A stretch of 63,723 bases of DNA, counting the filler. It is 5 parts of 5 records of this genome, joined end to end, with 100 filler letters (N's around TTAATTAATTAA, not from the genome) between each part and the next. Parts side by side here need not be neighbours in the genome. Positions count along the whole stretch, not along the records: positions 56,037 to 63,723 come from DRR378314_453; 4 more parts are not named here. One strand, given 5' to 3'. Position numbers and translations under genes: made by a program. The notes beneath the pieces are model-generated. The model was not told where the DNA came from. It made no database searches and saw only the letters and a list, made by a program, of their open reading frames with translations. This document shows, one piece after another, positions 61,556 to 63,723 of the stretch (positions are counted from its first letter, which is position 1; each line of letters starts with the position of its first letter).

Positions 61556-61597
61556 GTTAGTGGCTTGTCAGCCAACTGTCATTCCTGGGGAAACATC

Positions 61598-63694
61598 ATG
61601 CTCAATCAAGATTTCGCCGCCGCGGCGGCTCTGATCACGCTGCTGACCGCGCCGGCGCTGGCCGCCGCCCAGCAGGAGAACAACGCCGGTACCCTGGCGC
61701 CGGTGGAAGTGGGCGCCGAAGGCCCCGCCGATGACGGCTACATCAACGTCGACAAGCCGGCCTCCACCGGCAAGCTGGACGTACCGGTGGAGCGCCAGCC
61801 GTTCTCCATCGAGACCGTGGACCGGGAGCTGATGGAAGACACCGGCGCCAAGAATATCCAGGACTCCTTGTTGTATATGTCCGGGGTGTATGGCGCTAAT
61901 TTCGGCTTCGATACCCGCGGCGATTCGGCCATGGTGCGGGGGCTGAGGCCCTCGCTTTACGTGGACGGCCTGCGTGCCAGTTACGGTTCCTACAACAGCG
62001 TGCGGCCCAACATCTATGGCCTGGAGCGCGTCGAAGTGCTCAAGGGGCCCTCGTCGGTGTTGTACGGTCAGGCGGAGCTGGGCGGCATCATCAACGGCGT
62101 GTCCAAGCTGCCCAAGGCGGAGAAGCAGGGCGAGCTTCGCGCGCAGGTCGGTTCCTACGATCGCAAGGTGCTGGCGGCGGACGTCACCGGGCCGCTGTCC
62201 GAAGACGGCAAGCTGTTGTACCGGCTGGTGGCGCTCAAGCGCGACAGCGGCACCCAGGTGGATTACGTGGACGACAACGGATACGTGTTTGCGCCCTCGC
62301 TGACCTGGCTGCCCTCCGACGACACCACCATCAGCCTGCTCTTCAACAGCCAGGAAAACACCGGTGCGGTGTCCGCCCAGTTCCTGCCCACCCAGGGCAC
62401 CCTGGAGCCCGGTCCGCAGGGGGACATCGGTTCCGAGACGTTTGTCGGCGAGCCGGACTGGGACCGCTATGACCGCCGCAAGGACGAAGTCACCCTGTTC
62501 GTCGATCACCGCCTTAACGACACCTGGGGGATCGCCACCACTGCCCGCTATACCGAAACCGAGACCGAAACCCGGGAGCACTGGGCCAATATCGGGGCGG
62601 CACCGGCCGCCGACGGTACCATCGGCCGCACCATTTACATGGCGGACAAAGGCACCGAGATCTTCAATGTGGATGCGCGGCTGGAAGGCGACCTGCGCCT
62701 CGGTGCCACCCGGCATACCCTGGCCATCGGTGTGGATCGACAGAACGCACTGTGGACTGAAGACAACAGTTTCAGCGCGACCGGCGGCGGCACCGATCTG
62801 AACGTTTATGACCCGCAATACGGCAATGTGAATTACGCGGTGCTGGATCCGGAAGATAAAGACGACAACCGCATCAGACAAACCGGTGTGTACGTGATCG
62901 ACCATATGGAGATCGACCGTGTGGTGGTATCCGGTGCGCTGCGTTACGACGATACCACCACTACGGTGCTGGGCACTGACGGCGTCGATACCGATACCGA
63001 CGACACCGCCACCACTGGGCGGCTGGGCCTGATGTACCGGTTCGATTCCGGCCTGTCGCCGTACATCAGTTACTCGGAATCCTTCGTGCCCAACCTCGGC
63101 CTGGACGGTTTCGGCGAAAGCCTCGATCCGACCACCGGCGAGCAGCGCGAGGCCGGTGTGAAGTACCTGTCCCAGCGTCACGGACTCGCCGTCACGGCGG
63201 CCTGGTTTGATATCGAAGAAACCAATCGCGTTGTTGACGGTGCCAATCCGCAAAGCGTCGAGCAGACCGGCGCCGTGGTGGACGGCTGGGAGGTCTCGGT
63301 GAAAAAACGGCTGGGCAACGCCAGCGTTCTGGCCAACTACACCAAGCTGGACGCCCGAGAGGATGAGACCGGTGAGCGGCTGGCGTACGTCGCTGAAGAG
63401 AGCGCTTCGGTTTGGGGCAAATACGAACTGGAAAGCGGTTTCCGCTTCGGTGCCGGGGTGCGCTATGTCGGCGATACCGTGGGCAGCGACTACGGTAGTG
63501 GTGCCGGTCCGGAAGTACCGTCCGTGACGCTCTACGACGCCATGGTCGGCTACCGCACCGGCCCCTGGGACTTCACCGTGACCGGCAAGAACCTGGCGGA
63601 CAAGGAGTATGTGTCCTGGTGCCGTGGTGAAGGTCTCGACTGTGGCTACGGCGAGCGCCGCGTGATCCTCGGCGAGGCAAGCTACAACTTCTGA
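61598..63694 (+). CDS. TonB-dependent siderophore receptor
   Basis: Signal peptide, plug motif LERVEVLKGPSSVLYG, NLADKEY and C-terminal Phe. Confidence 0.95.
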   Translation: MLNQDFAAAAALITLLTAPALAAAQQENNAGTLAPVEVGAEGPADDGYINVDKPASTGKLDVPVERQPFSIETVDRELMEDTGAKNIQDSLLYMSGVYGANFGFDTRGDSAMVRGLRPSLYVDGLRASYGSYNSVRPNIYGLERVEVLKGPSSVLYGQAELGGIINGVSKLPKAEKQGELRAQVGSYDRKVLAADVTGPLSEDGKLLYRLVALKRDSGTQVDYVDDNGYVFAPSLTWLPSDDTTISLLFNSQENTGAVSAQFLPTQGTLEPGPQGDIGSETFVGEPDWDRYDRRKDEVTLFVDHRLNDTWGIATTARYTETETETREHWANIGAAPAADGTIGRTIYMADKGTEIFNVDARLEGDLRLGATRHTLAIGVDRQNALWTEDNSFSATGGGTDLNVYDPQYGNVNYAVLDPEDKDDNRIRQTGVYVIDHMEIDRVVVSGALRYDDTTTTVLGTDGVDTDTDDTATTGRLGLMYRFDSGLSPYISYSESFVPNLGLDGFGESLDPTTGEQREAGVKYLSQRHGLAVTAAWFDIEETNRVVDGANPQSVEQTGAVVDGWEVSVKKRLGNASVLANYTKLDAREDETGERLAYVAEESASVWGKYELESGFRFGAGVRYVGDTVGSDYGSGAGPEVPSVTLYDAMVGYRTGPWDFTVTGKNLADKEYVSWCRGEGLDCGYGERRVILGEASYNF

Positions 63695-63697
63695 CTT

Positions 63698-63723
63698 GTA
63701 GGAGCGGGCCCCGCCCGCGAAAG
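63698..63723 (+). repeat. REP-like extragenic palindrome, copy 3
   Basis: GTAGGAGCGGGCCCCGCCCGCGAAAG just after the stop codon; 25/26 identical to the reverse complement of copy 1. Confidence 0.8.

Overview
This window is not one locus. It holds five contigs joined by 100-nt N/TTAATTAATTAA spacers. (1) 1-17828 is an alphaproteobacterium (Hyphomonadaceae-like, inferred) with SulP, a ccdAB pair whose antitoxin is fused to a Cro/XRE HTH, fumC, hemN, glutathione-dependent formaldehyde detoxification genes, dapB and PTS genes; it breaks inside the permuted tmRNA gene. (2) 17929-32415 is a GC-rich gammaproteobacterium (Alcanivorax-like, inferred). It carries a TetR-linked catabolic operon led by a FAD-monooxygenase/esterase fusion, then a roughly 5-kb accessory patch: an Rpn nuclease with a putative intragenic antitoxin start, several decayed toxin-antitoxin modules that keep their operators, an O-antigen ligase, and an NYN RNase cassette with a structured 5' RNA, bracketed by 31-bp REP-derived direct repeats. 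(3) 32516-43002 is eukaryotic, intron-containing DNA with an Enhancer-of-polycomb-like gene and a TTBK/CK1-family kinase. (4) 43103-55936 is a Roseobacter-group contig with ccrM, rnhB, asd, a carbonic anhydrase-SbtA-PII operon, an M17 peptidase and NlpC/P60. (5) 56037-63723 is gammaproteobacterial, with rho, trxA, ppx, ppk1 and a TonB receptor, plus Pho- and Fur-like boxes; it shares its REP with contig 2. The strongest candidate for an undescribed system is the NYN plus hairpin-RNA cassette. All product calls come from motif recognition by eye; no searches were run.
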